Shown here one piece after another: positions 30,287 through 38,225 of a stretch of 64,000 bases of DNA. Source of the stretch: an uncultured Ignavibacteriales bacterium (lineage in GTDB: Bacteria > Zixibacteria > MSB-5A5 > GN15 > FEB-12); contig CAYNEO010000002.1 of assembly GCA_964396245.1 (NCBI GenBank), forward strand, positions 80,951-144,950, in the 5' to 3' direction. Made by a program: the position numbers and the translations under genes. Within the stretch, counting starts at the first letter, position 1. Each line of letters starts with the position of its first letter. The notes under the pieces were generated by a model. The model was not told where the DNA came from. It was given only the letters and a program-made list of their open reading frames with translations, and ran no database searches.

Positions 30287-30976
30287 TTGTCGAACGAAAA
30301 CACATCAAATACGCGACTCTCGAGACGCGGTCGGCGAAAAGCTGAACTGCTGAGATTACTTGGAGAGCGGGATATCGACGGCCTTGTCACATGGTCACGG
30401 TCAATATCTGATCCGCTGGGACAACTCTCCACTGTACTTTTCGAGGCTGACCCGCTTATTCGATGGCGGGCAATTGAAGCCATCGGCTTGATCGCTGCGA
30501 ACATTGCCCGTGATGATGAAGGAAAGGTACGATCTTTCCTGCGGCGACTCTTGTGGCTGATGAACGATGAATCCGGCGGGATATGCTGGTATGCGCCCGA
30601 AGCAATTGCCGAAGTACTGTTCCGCACCCCAGCGCTTATCGAAGAATACGGGCCAATTCTGCTGTCGTTCTTGAAGGAAGAACCTTTTGAAGCCGGGGTC
30701 TGTCTCGGGGTGGCGCGGTTGATGAACCTGACCGATCTGCCGGATGACTTTGAGACACGCATCGCTGACAGCGAGGTCGTGTTTCGCCAATATCTGGAAA
30801 ATCCTGACCCCGAATTGAGAGCAAGCGCACTCATGGTTCTTACCAAACTTGGCATTGAGTTGGGGACAGAGGAGATCAACAGGCTAGCTCACGTGAAGGG
30901 GTCAACTTTCGTGTATGATTTCAATTCGGGCGATTTGGTGGGAGTGAATATCAGTGACATGCTATCCAACAGATAA
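30287..30976 (+). CDS. HEAT/ARM-like repeat protein of unknown function (reminiscent of the DVU0298-type family)
   Basis: TTG start. The product has helical repeats and contains LMNDESGGICWYAPEAIAEV. The family assignment is from memory only. Confidence 0.35.
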   Translation: MSNENTSNTRLSRRGRRKAELLRLLGERDIDGLVTWSRSISDPLGQLSTVLFEADPLIRWRAIEAIGLIAANIARDDEGKVRSFLRRLLWLMNDESGGICWYAPEAIAEVLFRTPALIEEYGPILLSFLKEEPFEAGVCLGVARLMNLTDLPDDFETRIADSEVVFRQYLENPDPELRASALMVLTKLGIELGTEEINRLAHVKGSTFVYDFNSGDLVGVNISDMLSNR

Positions 30977-31009
30977 GCCTGAGCGAAAAAGAACAATCGG
31001 CAAAGCAAA

Positions 31010-31033
31010 ACGGCCGTCCTCAATGACGGCCGT
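31010..31033. terminator. Bidirectional hairpin terminator between convergent genes
   Basis: ACGGCCGTC-ctcaat-GACGGCCGT is a 9-bp stem. A-rich sequence lies on the left side (T-rich when read on the minus strand). Confidence 0.6.
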
Positions 31034-31056
31034 CTGTGTCTTATATATTTTCGCGA

Positions 31057-31893
31057 TCACTGCTGTTTCTGTGGGGGAACTTTCGCCGCGAGCTTTTCCC
31101 TGGCTGCCTGAGCGGCTTGGTCTTTGACTTTCATGGTGGGCTCACCCATAAGCGCAAAACGCAGCCACTTGTATCCGAAATTCAACAGTTCCACATCATC
31201 GTCCTTGATTGCTGCTTGGGTTGCATTATCGACGTCGAATTTATCAAAGAACGACGTTTTAAACAAAAAATCTCGAAACTTGTCGGTGTTGTAGCACACC
31301 ATGTGGAACATTTCCATTTTCTGTGGCGACATTTCCTTGCCGGAGCGGAAGAATCGGTGCAGCGTGAGTTCTTTGAACGGCTCGCCCATGCGGTTGTACT
31401 CGGTAATACCCTGGTCATCGAGCCATTTACCAACAGTCCATTCTTTTTTCTCATTCAGGCCCTGGCAGATCTTTTCCTGAAGCAGGAAATAAAACTGTCC
31501 GTCATCATCCCCCTCCCGTTCAGAAGGAGACGCCATGCCAAGGGGGAACATCCGGCACGCCCACGGCCTGTCTTCGTAGACGGTGCAGCCCCTGTCGGCA
31601 ACGAACGGACAGGTTTTGCGCTCGTCATCATTCATCTTGAGAAGGACGACCGGGTACTTCAAGTTTTTATCAAAAGGTGATAGAGAGTACTTATCGAGGA
31701 ACTCCTGCGAGGTAATACCGAGCCTGTTCTTGAGCCTGACAATATCGTAAGGCGTGAGAAAGATATTGACGTCGCCGCAGCACGCATTAAAGCAGGAGAT
31801 TCCCGGGCGGCACTCGAAGTGAAACGTGCTGTTAACGTTCAGGCGCGGATAATTCTTGAGCACCTCTTCTTTGAAGCGTTCTATCTCGTTCAT
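31057..31893 (-). CDS. YkgJ-family CxxCxxCC cysteine-cluster (zinc/iron-chelating) protein
   Basis: I trimmed the track ORF to ATG 31893 (MNEIERFKEE), which makes a 4-nt overlap with the upstream ORF. It contains the SCFNACCGD motif plus CPF ... CTVYEDRPWACRMFP. Confidence 0.7.
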   Translation of the reverse strand: MNEIERFKEEVLKNYPRLNVNSTFHFECRPGISCFNACCGDVNIFLTPYDIVRLKNRLGITSQEFLDKYSLSPFDKNLKYPVVLLKMNDDERKTCPFVADRGCTVYEDRPWACRMFPLGMASPSEREGDDDGQFYFLLQEKICQGLNEKKEWTVGKWLDDQGITEYNRMGEPFKELTLHRFFRSGKEMSPQKMEMFHMVCYNTDKFRDFLFKTSFFDKFDVDNATQAAIKDDDVELLNFGYKWLRFALMGEPTMKVKDQAAQAAREKLAAKVPPQKQQ

Positions 31894-32195
31894 GACCTTT
31901 TCTGGCCTTTCTCTTCGTTGTTTCCTTTTTCTTCTTCGATAATGCCTTCCCGCAGCGCCGTTTCCGACCACACCGGCAACGGCCCGGATTCGCCGGTTGT
32001 CGGATCATACCGGTGGCGGTACGATACTTTCTGATTGAAGTGCGATTTCATCCACTCCCACCCTTTCTTGTAGTAAGGGCATTCATCGTTGAAGCAGACG
32101 TATTGAAAGTGGTAGCCCCATGATGTTTCCATGGAGGCAACCCATTTTTTCATGGGTCGACCGCAGTGGGGACAGATATTTTCAGGTGTAACCAT
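31890..32195 (-). CDS. Small C4 zinc-ribbon protein, function unknown
   Basis: The 101-aa product has CPHC ... CFNDEC Cys pairs, a W/Y-rich core and a Glu/Lys-rich tail. It is translationally coupled to the YkgJ-like gene. Confidence 0.5.
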   Translation of the reverse strand: MVTPENICPHCGRPMKKWVASMETSWGYHFQYVCFNDECPYYKKGWEWMKSHFNQKVSYRHRYDPTTGESGPLPVWSETALREGIIEEEKGNNEEKGQKRS

Positions 32196-32295
32196 ATGTT
32201 CTCGCGACGGTATCGCGGTCCTTGCAAAAGTCTCTATTTCGTACCTTCTTACTCTCCAATATAGTGATTTGTTTCACTAATTCAATCATTAAGAC

Positions 32296-32327
32296 AAAAA
32301 TCCTCCGGGCACTGACGCGCCCGGAGG
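32296..32327 (-). terminator. Rho-independent terminator after aprA
   Basis: The minus strand reads CCTCCGGGC-gcgtcagt-GCCCGGAGG followed by ATTTTTG. Confidence 0.8.
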
Positions 32328-32380
32328 ATATCTGATGTCAAGTCGCGTTGTAATGCGATGATCTATGCAAATCGGCCTGA

Positions 32381-34303
32381 TCAGCCGCCGATCAGCTCAT
32401 GCTCCTGCGCCTGCGGGTAGACATGCAGCATCGGGCGCTTGATCATTTCCCACTCGTTCTTGTTGGGATCCCACTTGCAGTTGGCGAACACGTGCCAGTT
32501 CTCTTCGTCCATGGTGGGGAAATCCGACCGGCGATAGTAGCCCGGCCAGCGGGTTTCTTCGCGGAAGAGAATCGTGCGCGTGTGAGCTTCGGCCTGCCAG
32601 AGGCGCTGGACATTTTCCCAGCAGCGCATCAGTTCGTGCAGGTCCTTGGCCGCCAGCTTCTCGGAATCTTCGTTCAAGAAGGTGAGCAGCTCGAGCGCCT
32701 TCTCCAGGGACGCCTTGTTGGTGCTGAACTGTGAGGACACACCACCAACATACTCGTCCATGATCTTCTGGAGACGGAACATGAACATCTTCGGCTTGAT
32801 GTAATTCGGATTGATTTCCGGATCGGTCGAAGCGTTCTTGAACTGTTCGTACGTATCGAGCGGCTTGAACATGCGAGTCTTCAGCTCTTCCACCTGACCC
32901 ATATCGACGTTCGGCTGGGTGTTGTTCTCGACGATGAACTTGACAGCCGACTTACCGCTTATACGGCCTTCGGCGTGTGAGCCTGACGAGAACTTATGCG
33001 AGGAAGCGCCGGAAGCGTCACCGGCACAGAACATACCGCTGACGGTTGACATGTTGGCATAGCCCCAGAAGTAGTCGTTCTTGGTGTCACCGGTCTGAAG
33101 ATCTTCCGGACCGCTGACCCAGGCACCGGAGGCGCCGGAGTGGGAGCCGATGAAGTACGGCTCGGCGGCCGCGATTTCAGACGACTTCTTCTCGGGTTCC
33201 ACGTTACTGGCCGCCCAGAGGATGGCCTGCGAGATGGTCATGTCAAGGAAGTCTTCCCAGGCTTCAGCTTCGAGCTCTTTGAGTTTCTTCTTGGCCGCTT
33301 TTTCGTCGCCGGCTTCGCTGGCTATCTTCTGGATGGCTTCCTCGGTCCGCATGAAGATCGGGCCCTTGCCTTCCATGATGTCAAGCATGCCGAGCCAGTT
33401 ACGGAGGTTGGCCGGGATCGGCTTCACCAGACCGTACGGTTTCCAGTTCTCCAACTCGGGGCGCCGTTCGACCATGTAGTTTCCACCCTGGGAATTGGTC
33501 GCGGCGGACTTGAACAGGAGGAACCAGGCGCCGACCGGGCCGTAGGCGTCCTTGAAGCGGACCGGAATGAACCGGACTTCCTGGGACGTCATCTCGGCGC
33601 CGGCACGCAGCGTGAAGTAGGCGCTGGAACCGGAGTTCCATGGCGGATACCAGGCGCGGCCGAGGCCTTCACCGGTGCTGCGCGGCTTGAAGACGTGCAC
33701 AGCGCCGCCCATGGCGACGATGGTAGCCTTCGCCTTGAAGATATAGAACTTGTTTTCGCGGGTGCTGAAACCGATAGCGCCGGCGATACGATCACCGTCC
33801 ATCAGCGGCTCGGTGATAAACACGCGCTCGTAGTATTCGCCATTGGCCTCGGCCAGAGCGTTCTTCGCAGCTTCGGCAACGATAATCTTGTAGGATTCAC
33901 CGTTGATCATGAGCTGCCACCGGCCCTCGTGAACATAGCGGCCTTCGGCGTCTTTCCAGATCGGCAGGCCCCATTTCTCGAACAGGTGGACGGTGGAGTC
34001 GACGTGGCGGGCGATATTGGCCACCAGGTCTTCGCGGATAATCCCCATGAGGTCCATGCGCACGTAGTCGACATAGTCCTTCACGGAGTTTTTGCCTTCA
34101 TGGAGGCCGACATACTGGTTGAGAGCCGAAAGTCCCATGGCGACGGCGCCGGAACGATCCATGGCGGCCTTGTCGACCAGGGTGACTTTCAGGTTGTTTT
34201 TCTTCGCCCAGTAGGACGCCTCGACGGCCGCCCCGCACGCGGCCATGCCACCACCAAGAATCAACAGATCAGTGGTGACTTCTACGGTTTCGAAATTAGC
34301 CAT
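32381..34303 (-). CDS. aprA: Adenylylsulfate (APS) reductase alpha subunit
   Basis: The 640-aa product has FAD-binding LILGGGMAACGAA and reads as an AprA-type flavoprotein throughout. It follows aprB. Confidence 0.95.
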   Translation of the reverse strand: MANFETVEVTTDLLILGGGMAACGAAVEASYWAKKNNLKVTLVDKAAMDRSGAVAMGLSALNQYVGLHEGKNSVKDYVDYVRMDLMGIIREDLVANIARHVDSTVHLFEKWGLPIWKDAEGRYVHEGRWQLMINGESYKIIVAEAAKNALAEANGEYYERVFITEPLMDGDRIAGAIGFSTRENKFYIFKAKATIVAMGGAVHVFKPRSTGEGLGRAWYPPWNSGSSAYFTLRAGAEMTSQEVRFIPVRFKDAYGPVGAWFLLFKSAATNSQGGNYMVERRPELENWKPYGLVKPIPANLRNWLGMLDIMEGKGPIFMRTEEAIQKIASEAGDEKAAKKKLKELEAEAWEDFLDMTISQAILWAASNVEPEKKSSEIAAAEPYFIGSHSGASGAWVSGPEDLQTGDTKNDYFWGYANMSTVSGMFCAGDASGASSHKFSSGSHAEGRISGKSAVKFIVENNTQPNVDMGQVEELKTRMFKPLDTYEQFKNASTDPEINPNYIKPKMFMFRLQKIMDEYVGGVSSQFSTNKASLEKALELLTFLNEDSEKLAAKDLHELMRCWENVQRLWQAEAHTRTILFREETRWPGYYRRSDFPTMDEENWHVFANCKWDPNKNEWEMIKRPMLHVYPQAQEHELIGG

Positions 34304-34324
34304 TTGCTTTTTCCCTTCTGATCG

Positions 34325-34765
34325 TTACTTGATGGTGTAGACTTCGGACATATTCAGTGCTTCGGGCTCTTGAGCCAGCGTCTGGCTGTCCAGATCATCG
34401 TGAGCCGTCGCATAGCTGCCGCTCGGAACCGCTTTTCCTTCCTCAGTCGTGCGGATGGGGAATTTGAAGCGCTTGAGCATTCCGTTGCGGAACTTGACCG
34501 TCCACATGATGCTGTCGGTACTGCGCATCGGGGTAACATGAGCGCCCATCGGGACAAAGTCGGCATAGCCGCGAACTTCGACTGCCTGAACCGGGCAGAT
34601 CTTGACGCAGCTATAGCATTCCCAGCACATCTCGGGCTCCTGGTTGTAGGCCTTCATGGATTCCTTGTTGAGCACCATGAGGTCATTGGGGCAAATGTAC
34701 TGGCAAGCCGTTTTGTCCAGCGCCTTGCACCCGTCGCATTTTTCAGGGTTCACAAAACTAGGCAT
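34325..34765 (-). CDS. aprB: Adenylylsulfate (APS) reductase beta subunit
   Basis: MPSFVNPEKCDGCKALDKTACQYICPNDLM and CWECYSCVKICP give 2x[4Fe-4S], followed by the AprB C-terminal tail. Confidence 0.95.
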   Translation of the reverse strand: MPSFVNPEKCDGCKALDKTACQYICPNDLMVLNKESMKAYNQEPEMCWECYSCVKICPVQAVEVRGYADFVPMGAHVTPMRSTDSIMWTVKFRNGMLKRFKFPIRTTEEGKAVPSGSYATAHDDLDSQTLAQEPEALNMSEVYTIK

Positions 34766-34823
34766 TGCGTCCTCCTAAATATATGGTCGTGTATAGTTTT
34801 GATGTCGTTTGCATTGTCGACGC

Positions 34824-36050
34824 TTACTTTTTCTTGGCATCACCGGTCGCATGACCGTGCATTTTCACTTCGACCTTGTCTTCGTCTTTCAGGCTGGCGT
34901 AATACTCGCGCAGGATAGCCAGCACCTCGGGACGACTGAATTCAGCCGGCACATCGCCGCCTTCGGAAAGAGCCTTGCGAAGAGCGGTGCCGCTGAGGAA
35001 CAGGCGGTCTTCCTTGCCGTGCGGGCAGGTCTTCATGGAGGCCATGCCGCCGCACTTGTAGCACCAGAATGTCCAATCGATCGGGAGCATCTTGCACTCG
35101 AGGGCGCCGTCCCACAACTGATGGAAGATATTCTGGGCATCGAACGGACCGTAGTAGTCACCCACGCCAGCGTGGTCGCGGCCGATAATCATGTGGGTGC
35201 AGCCGAAGTTCTGACGGAAGACGGCGTGGAGCAATCCTTCGCGCGGCCCGGCATAGCGCATATCAAGCGGGTAACCGCCGGTCACGACGCGATCCTTGAC
35301 GAAATAACTGTCAACGAGCGTGTTGATGCACTTCACGCGGACTTCAGCCGGAATGTCGCCCGGCTTGAGGTTGCCGACCAGCTGGTGAATGTAGAGACCG
35401 TCGCTGACCTCGACCGCTATTTTCGCGAGGTATTCATGCGAGCGGTGCATCGGATTGCGAAGCTGTAATGCGGCGATAGTCTTCCAGCCCTTCTCTGCGA
35501 AGATCTTCCGGCTTTCGGACGGACGCTGGTAGATGCCCTTGAATTCGGTCGGGAAGTAACTTTCGGAGACGACCTTCACCGGTCCGGCGATGTTCCAATC
35601 CTTCTGAGCCATCACCACCTTGACGCCCGGGTGCTCAGGGTCGGTAGTCGTGAATACATTCTGGCACTCGAATGCCTTGTCGATCTGGTAGGACTCGGTG
35701 ACTTTCATGGTCCCCATGATCTCATTGGTCTCGCCCGACACCAGGGCGATTTCGGTCCCCGGCTTGATCTCGGCATCGTGCGAGAGCGTGACCGGGATGG
35801 GCCAGAAGAGACCGCTTTTCATCTTCATGTCCTGGCAGACGCCCTTCCAGTCGTCGTGCCCCATGAAGCCTTCGAGCGGAGTGAAGCCGCCGATACCCAT
35901 CATGATCAAGTCACCGGTTTCCCTCGAGGTCATGACAACTTTGGGTAGTGATTCAGCGCGCTTTAGCTCTTCTTCTCTTTCCTTTCCTTCCAGAAGCAGG
36001 ATTTTCAACTCGTCGCTTCCGTGAGGACGGATCAGATTTGATTTAGCCAT
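34824..36050 (-). CDS. sat: Sulfate adenylyltransferase (ATP sulfurylase)
   Basis: [13 protein letters not shown] (HxxH) and GRDHAGVG motifs, 408 aa. It is the first gene of sat-aprBA. Confidence 0.95.
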   Translation of the reverse strand: MAKSNLIRPHGSDELKILLLEGKEREEELKRAESLPKVVMTSRETGDLIMMGIGGFTPLEGFMGHDDWKGVCQDMKMKSGLFWPIPVTLSHDAEIKPGTEIALVSGETNEIMGTMKVTESYQIDKAFECQNVFTTTDPEHPGVKVVMAQKDWNIAGPVKVVSESYFPTEFKGIYQRPSESRKIFAEKGWKTIAALQLRNPMHRSHEYLAKIAVEVSDGLYIHQLVGNLKPGDIPAEVRVKCINTLVDSYFVKDRVVTGGYPLDMRYAGPREGLLHAVFRQNFGCTHMIIGRDHAGVGDYYGPFDAQNIFHQLWDGALECKMLPIDWTFWCYKCGGMASMKTCPHGKEDRLFLSGTALRKALSEGGDVPAEFSRPEVLAILREYYASLKDEDKVEVKMHGHATGDAKKK

Positions 36051-36112
36051 GGCTGGTTCCTATTTAAAGGTTTCCACTATAGTAGTTACTCTCTATGCTT
36101 TATCGGGAAGAA

Positions 36113-36128
36113 TGTGATAAAATTCACA
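36113..36128 (-). promoter_or_regulatory. Perfect TGTGA-N6-TCACA box in the sat leader (Rex/CRP-FNR type operator)
   Basis: aTGTGATAAAATTCACAa lies 63-78 nt upstream of the sat ATG. It is downstream of the best promoter match. Confidence 0.55.
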
Positions 36129-36188
36129 AATGTCGGTGAAAAAAATACACCCAATCCCGTTTTCTCTTACACTACTTTAGCTGTCGAA

Positions 36189-36217
36189 AATGTAACTTTT
36201 TTCTCAAGCCCTGTCAA
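36189..36217 (-). promoter_or_regulatory. Putative sigma70-type sat promoter
   Basis: The minus strand reads TTGACA (36217..36212), a 17-nt spacer, then TACATT (36194..36189). Confidence 0.4.
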
Positions 36218-36222
36218 CAGAA

Positions 36223-36240
36223 AAGTGGCAAATTTCACAA
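36223..36240 (-). promoter_or_regulatory. Imperfect Rex/CRP-type box abutting the sat -35
   Basis: The minus strand reads TTGTGAAATTTGCCACTT (8/10 core positions, exact TTGTGAA half-site). The 16-nt core ends 6 nt upstream of the -35 hexamer. Confidence 0.4.
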
Positions 36241-36634
36241 GTTTCGAATCACTCGACACGACCATTTCTGCTAACTTATTATATTATAATATAAAAGCTA
36301 TATCATTAGACACTTAAATTATACAAAGATGCCCCTATTCGTTCTCAATCGAACTTCGAGATTGCATATAAAACTGAGTTTGTCGCTTTTATCCACACCC
36401 ACTGTCCAGCAGAGCGCTCCCGATCGGCGGCTGTTGCCCAAGAAGACCTAATCATGGCTTTTTTCGGTATTGGCCGGTACCTCTGGCTGTCTTCGCCGCG
36501 GTCGAGGCTGTATTACCGCCCTTCAGGCGTGTTTTTGAGTGGTCCGGGCCAGCCAGCAAGAGGTGGTTTCGACTATATCCCCCATAGGGATATGGCTGTA
36601 AGCTGTTTGACAATAGGATAAACCGCTTGAAACA

Positions 36635-36652
36635 TTGTGAAAAAAGTAACGA
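36635..36652 (+). promoter_or_regulatory. Imperfect Rex/CRP-type box abutting the qmoC -35
   Basis: TTGTGAAAAAAGTAACGA (8/10 core positions, exact TTGTGAA half-site). The 16-nt core ends 8 nt upstream of the -35 hexamer. Confidence 0.4.
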
Positions 36653-36659
36653 AAAAGCC

Positions 36660-36688
36660 TTGACAGAAAGAGTGGACAAATCTATCAT
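36660..36688 (+). promoter_or_regulatory. Putative sigma70-type qmoC promoter
   Basis: TTGACA (36660..36665), a 17-nt spacer, then TATCAT (36683..36688). The RBS GGAAGGAG lies at 36741..36748. Confidence 0.5.
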
Positions 36689-36757
36689 AATTACGAATAG
36701 ATCATATCTGCCGGGCCGATCCGGCGTATAGCATACAGTTTGGAAGGAGTTTAAGCT

Positions 36758-37891
36758 ATGGCTGCAGGGCGTTTACTAGAACCGGATCTCGGGTTGATCC
36801 GCGAAGTAAAGAAAGCCGGGGGCGATTCACTCAAAAAGTGCTATCAGTGCGCCACCTGCTCCGTTGTTTGCGAACTGTCGCCGGAGAACCGGCCTTTCCC
36901 TCGCAAGGAGATGATTCTTTCCCAGTGGGGTCAGACCGAGCAGCTGATGAGTGATCCCGATCTCTGGCTCTGTCACCAGTGTAATGACTGCAGCACGAAT
37001 TGCCCGCGCGGCGCGCGTCCGGGCGACGTCCTCGCGGCTATTCGAACCTACATATACAAGCACTATGCCTTCCCCCGCTTTATGGGAAGTGCGCTGGCAA
37101 CGCCAAAAGCCCTGCCGCTGCTGCTGCTGGTACCGATGATCGCCATCTTCGCGATGATGATGACTTTCTCGGCAGATTTCGGCTTCATGAGCGGCCCGGT
37201 GGAGTTTCAGAACATGATTCCACACGGCTGGATAGAAGGGCTCTTCATTTCCGGTAACGCTCTTATCTTTCTCTTCGCACTCATCGGGCTGGCACGATTC
37301 TACCGAGGACTTCAGACAGCTGACCCCAACCATCAAGGGCCGGGGTTTCTCTCCAGTCTGTTCATGACGGCGGTAGAGGTTTTTACGCACCGGAATTTCA
37401 ACAGCTGTAAGACCAACAAGGCGCGTTTCATAGCACACATGCTGGTGCTATTCGGATTTATCGGCGCCATGATCACCGCCGGCCTGGCGCTTATTGCCAT
37501 GGTCGGTTTCGAGTTCGGCCCGCCTATTCCCCTCTCCCATCCAATCAAGTGGCTCGGAAATGCCAGCGCTATTGCAGGGTTAGTGGGCACTGGTATACTC
37601 ATCGTAAGACGGCTCACGAACCGGGACCGCGTGGGAGCCAACGGGTATTCAGACTGGCTGTTTCTGATTATGCTCTTTCTCGTGTTCCTGACCGGGTGGC
37701 TGACCCAGTTTGGCCGCCTGGCAGAAAGTGCTTACTTTGCATACAGCATTTACTATGTGCACCTTGTCCTGGTCTTTTTTGTCCTGTGGTATATGCCGTA
37801 CTCGAAGTTCGCGCATATGCTATACCGGGCCATGGCCCTGGTCTACGCACGGAGTGTCGGTCGCACGGTCGGAATGCGCGCTGCGGCATAG
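36758..37891 (+). CDS. qmoC: Quinone-interacting membrane-bound oxidoreductase subunit QmoC (HdrC-like Fe-S domain fused to HdrE/NarI-like cytochrome b)
   Basis: CYQCATCSVVCE and CHQCNDCSTNCPRG motifs are followed by about 6 TM helices with conserved His. The product is 377 aa. Confidence 0.8.
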   Translation: MAAGRLLEPDLGLIREVKKAGGDSLKKCYQCATCSVVCELSPENRPFPRKEMILSQWGQTEQLMSDPDLWLCHQCNDCSTNCPRGARPGDVLAAIRTYIYKHYAFPRFMGSALATPKALPLLLLVPMIAIFAMMMTFSADFGFMSGPVEFQNMIPHGWIEGLFISGNALIFLFALIGLARFYRGLQTADPNHQGPGFLSSLFMTAVEVFTHRNFNSCKTNKARFIAHMLVLFGFIGAMITAGLALIAMVGFEFGPPIPLSHPIKWLGNASAIAGLVGTGILIVRRLTNRDRVGANGYSDWLFLIMLFLVFLTGWLTQFGRLAESAYFAYSIYYVHLVLVFFVLWYMPYSKFAHMLYRAMALVYARSVGRTVGMRAAA

Positions 37892-37926
37892 CCTGTCAAA
37901 CGGGCTCGAACATTGGAGATATCCGC

Positions 37927-38193
37927 ATGACGAATGTACTTCGCCGGCGCGGTCCGATATTGTTTCTTGCAGTCATATTTGCCCTCCTGCCTCTGGCCAT
38001 TGTATCTGCGACTGACTCGACCATGTCATTGCATGCCTCCGGTGGCCTGGACCGGTTTCTCATCAATCTGTACGAGCAGCATCGTATTCTGTATGCGGTT
38101 GTCGTGACCGGGGCGACAGCCTTCATCGCCGTTCTCCTTTCCATCATTACCGAATTGATATTTAAGCTTTTTATCAGCGATCGATTGCGTTAA
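37927..38193 (+). CDS. Small two-helix membrane protein, unknown function
   Basis: ATG 37927 is preceded by GGAG. The 88-aa product reads MTNVLRRRGPILFLAVIFALLPLAIVSA ... AVVVTGATAFIAVLLSIITELIF. It is the 3-prime part of track ORF 37549..38193, whose 5-prime part overlaps qmoC. Confidence 0.45.
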   Translation: MTNVLRRRGPILFLAVIFALLPLAIVSATDSTMSLHASGGLDRFLINLYEQHRILYAVVVTGATAFIAVLLSIITELIFKLFISDRLR

Positions 38194-38225
38194 GTTCGGG
38201 CAAACCGGACTCTGCGAGGAAACCT

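Noticed and set aside
33140-34321. A 393-aa plus-strand ORF lies antisense to aprA. Similar long antisense ORFs occur elsewhere: 6621..7538, 51175..52209, 61998..63023, 52228..53022, 48696..49475, 9583..10380 and 29509..30243.
   Set aside because: They lie entirely within strongly supported genes on the other strand or in another frame. Their translations are Arg/Gly/Pro/His-rich low-complexity sequence without motifs. They are typical shadow ORFs of GC-biased coding DNA.
36114-36317. A 67-aa plus-strand ORF in the sat upstream region, and the 78-aa minus-strand ORF 36452..36688.
   Set aside because: Both lie in promoter or leader DNA and have no RBS. The first is an AT-rich low-complexity translation that spans the predicted sat promoter and Rex-type boxes. 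They are kept only as weak alternatives in the GC-island finding.
37549-37926. The 5-prime part of the 214-aa track ORF 37549..38193, which overlaps the end of qmoC.
   Set aside because: It is out of frame within qmoC and is Arg/Cys/Pro-rich. Only the last 88 codons, from ATG 37927 with an RBS, look like a real membrane protein.
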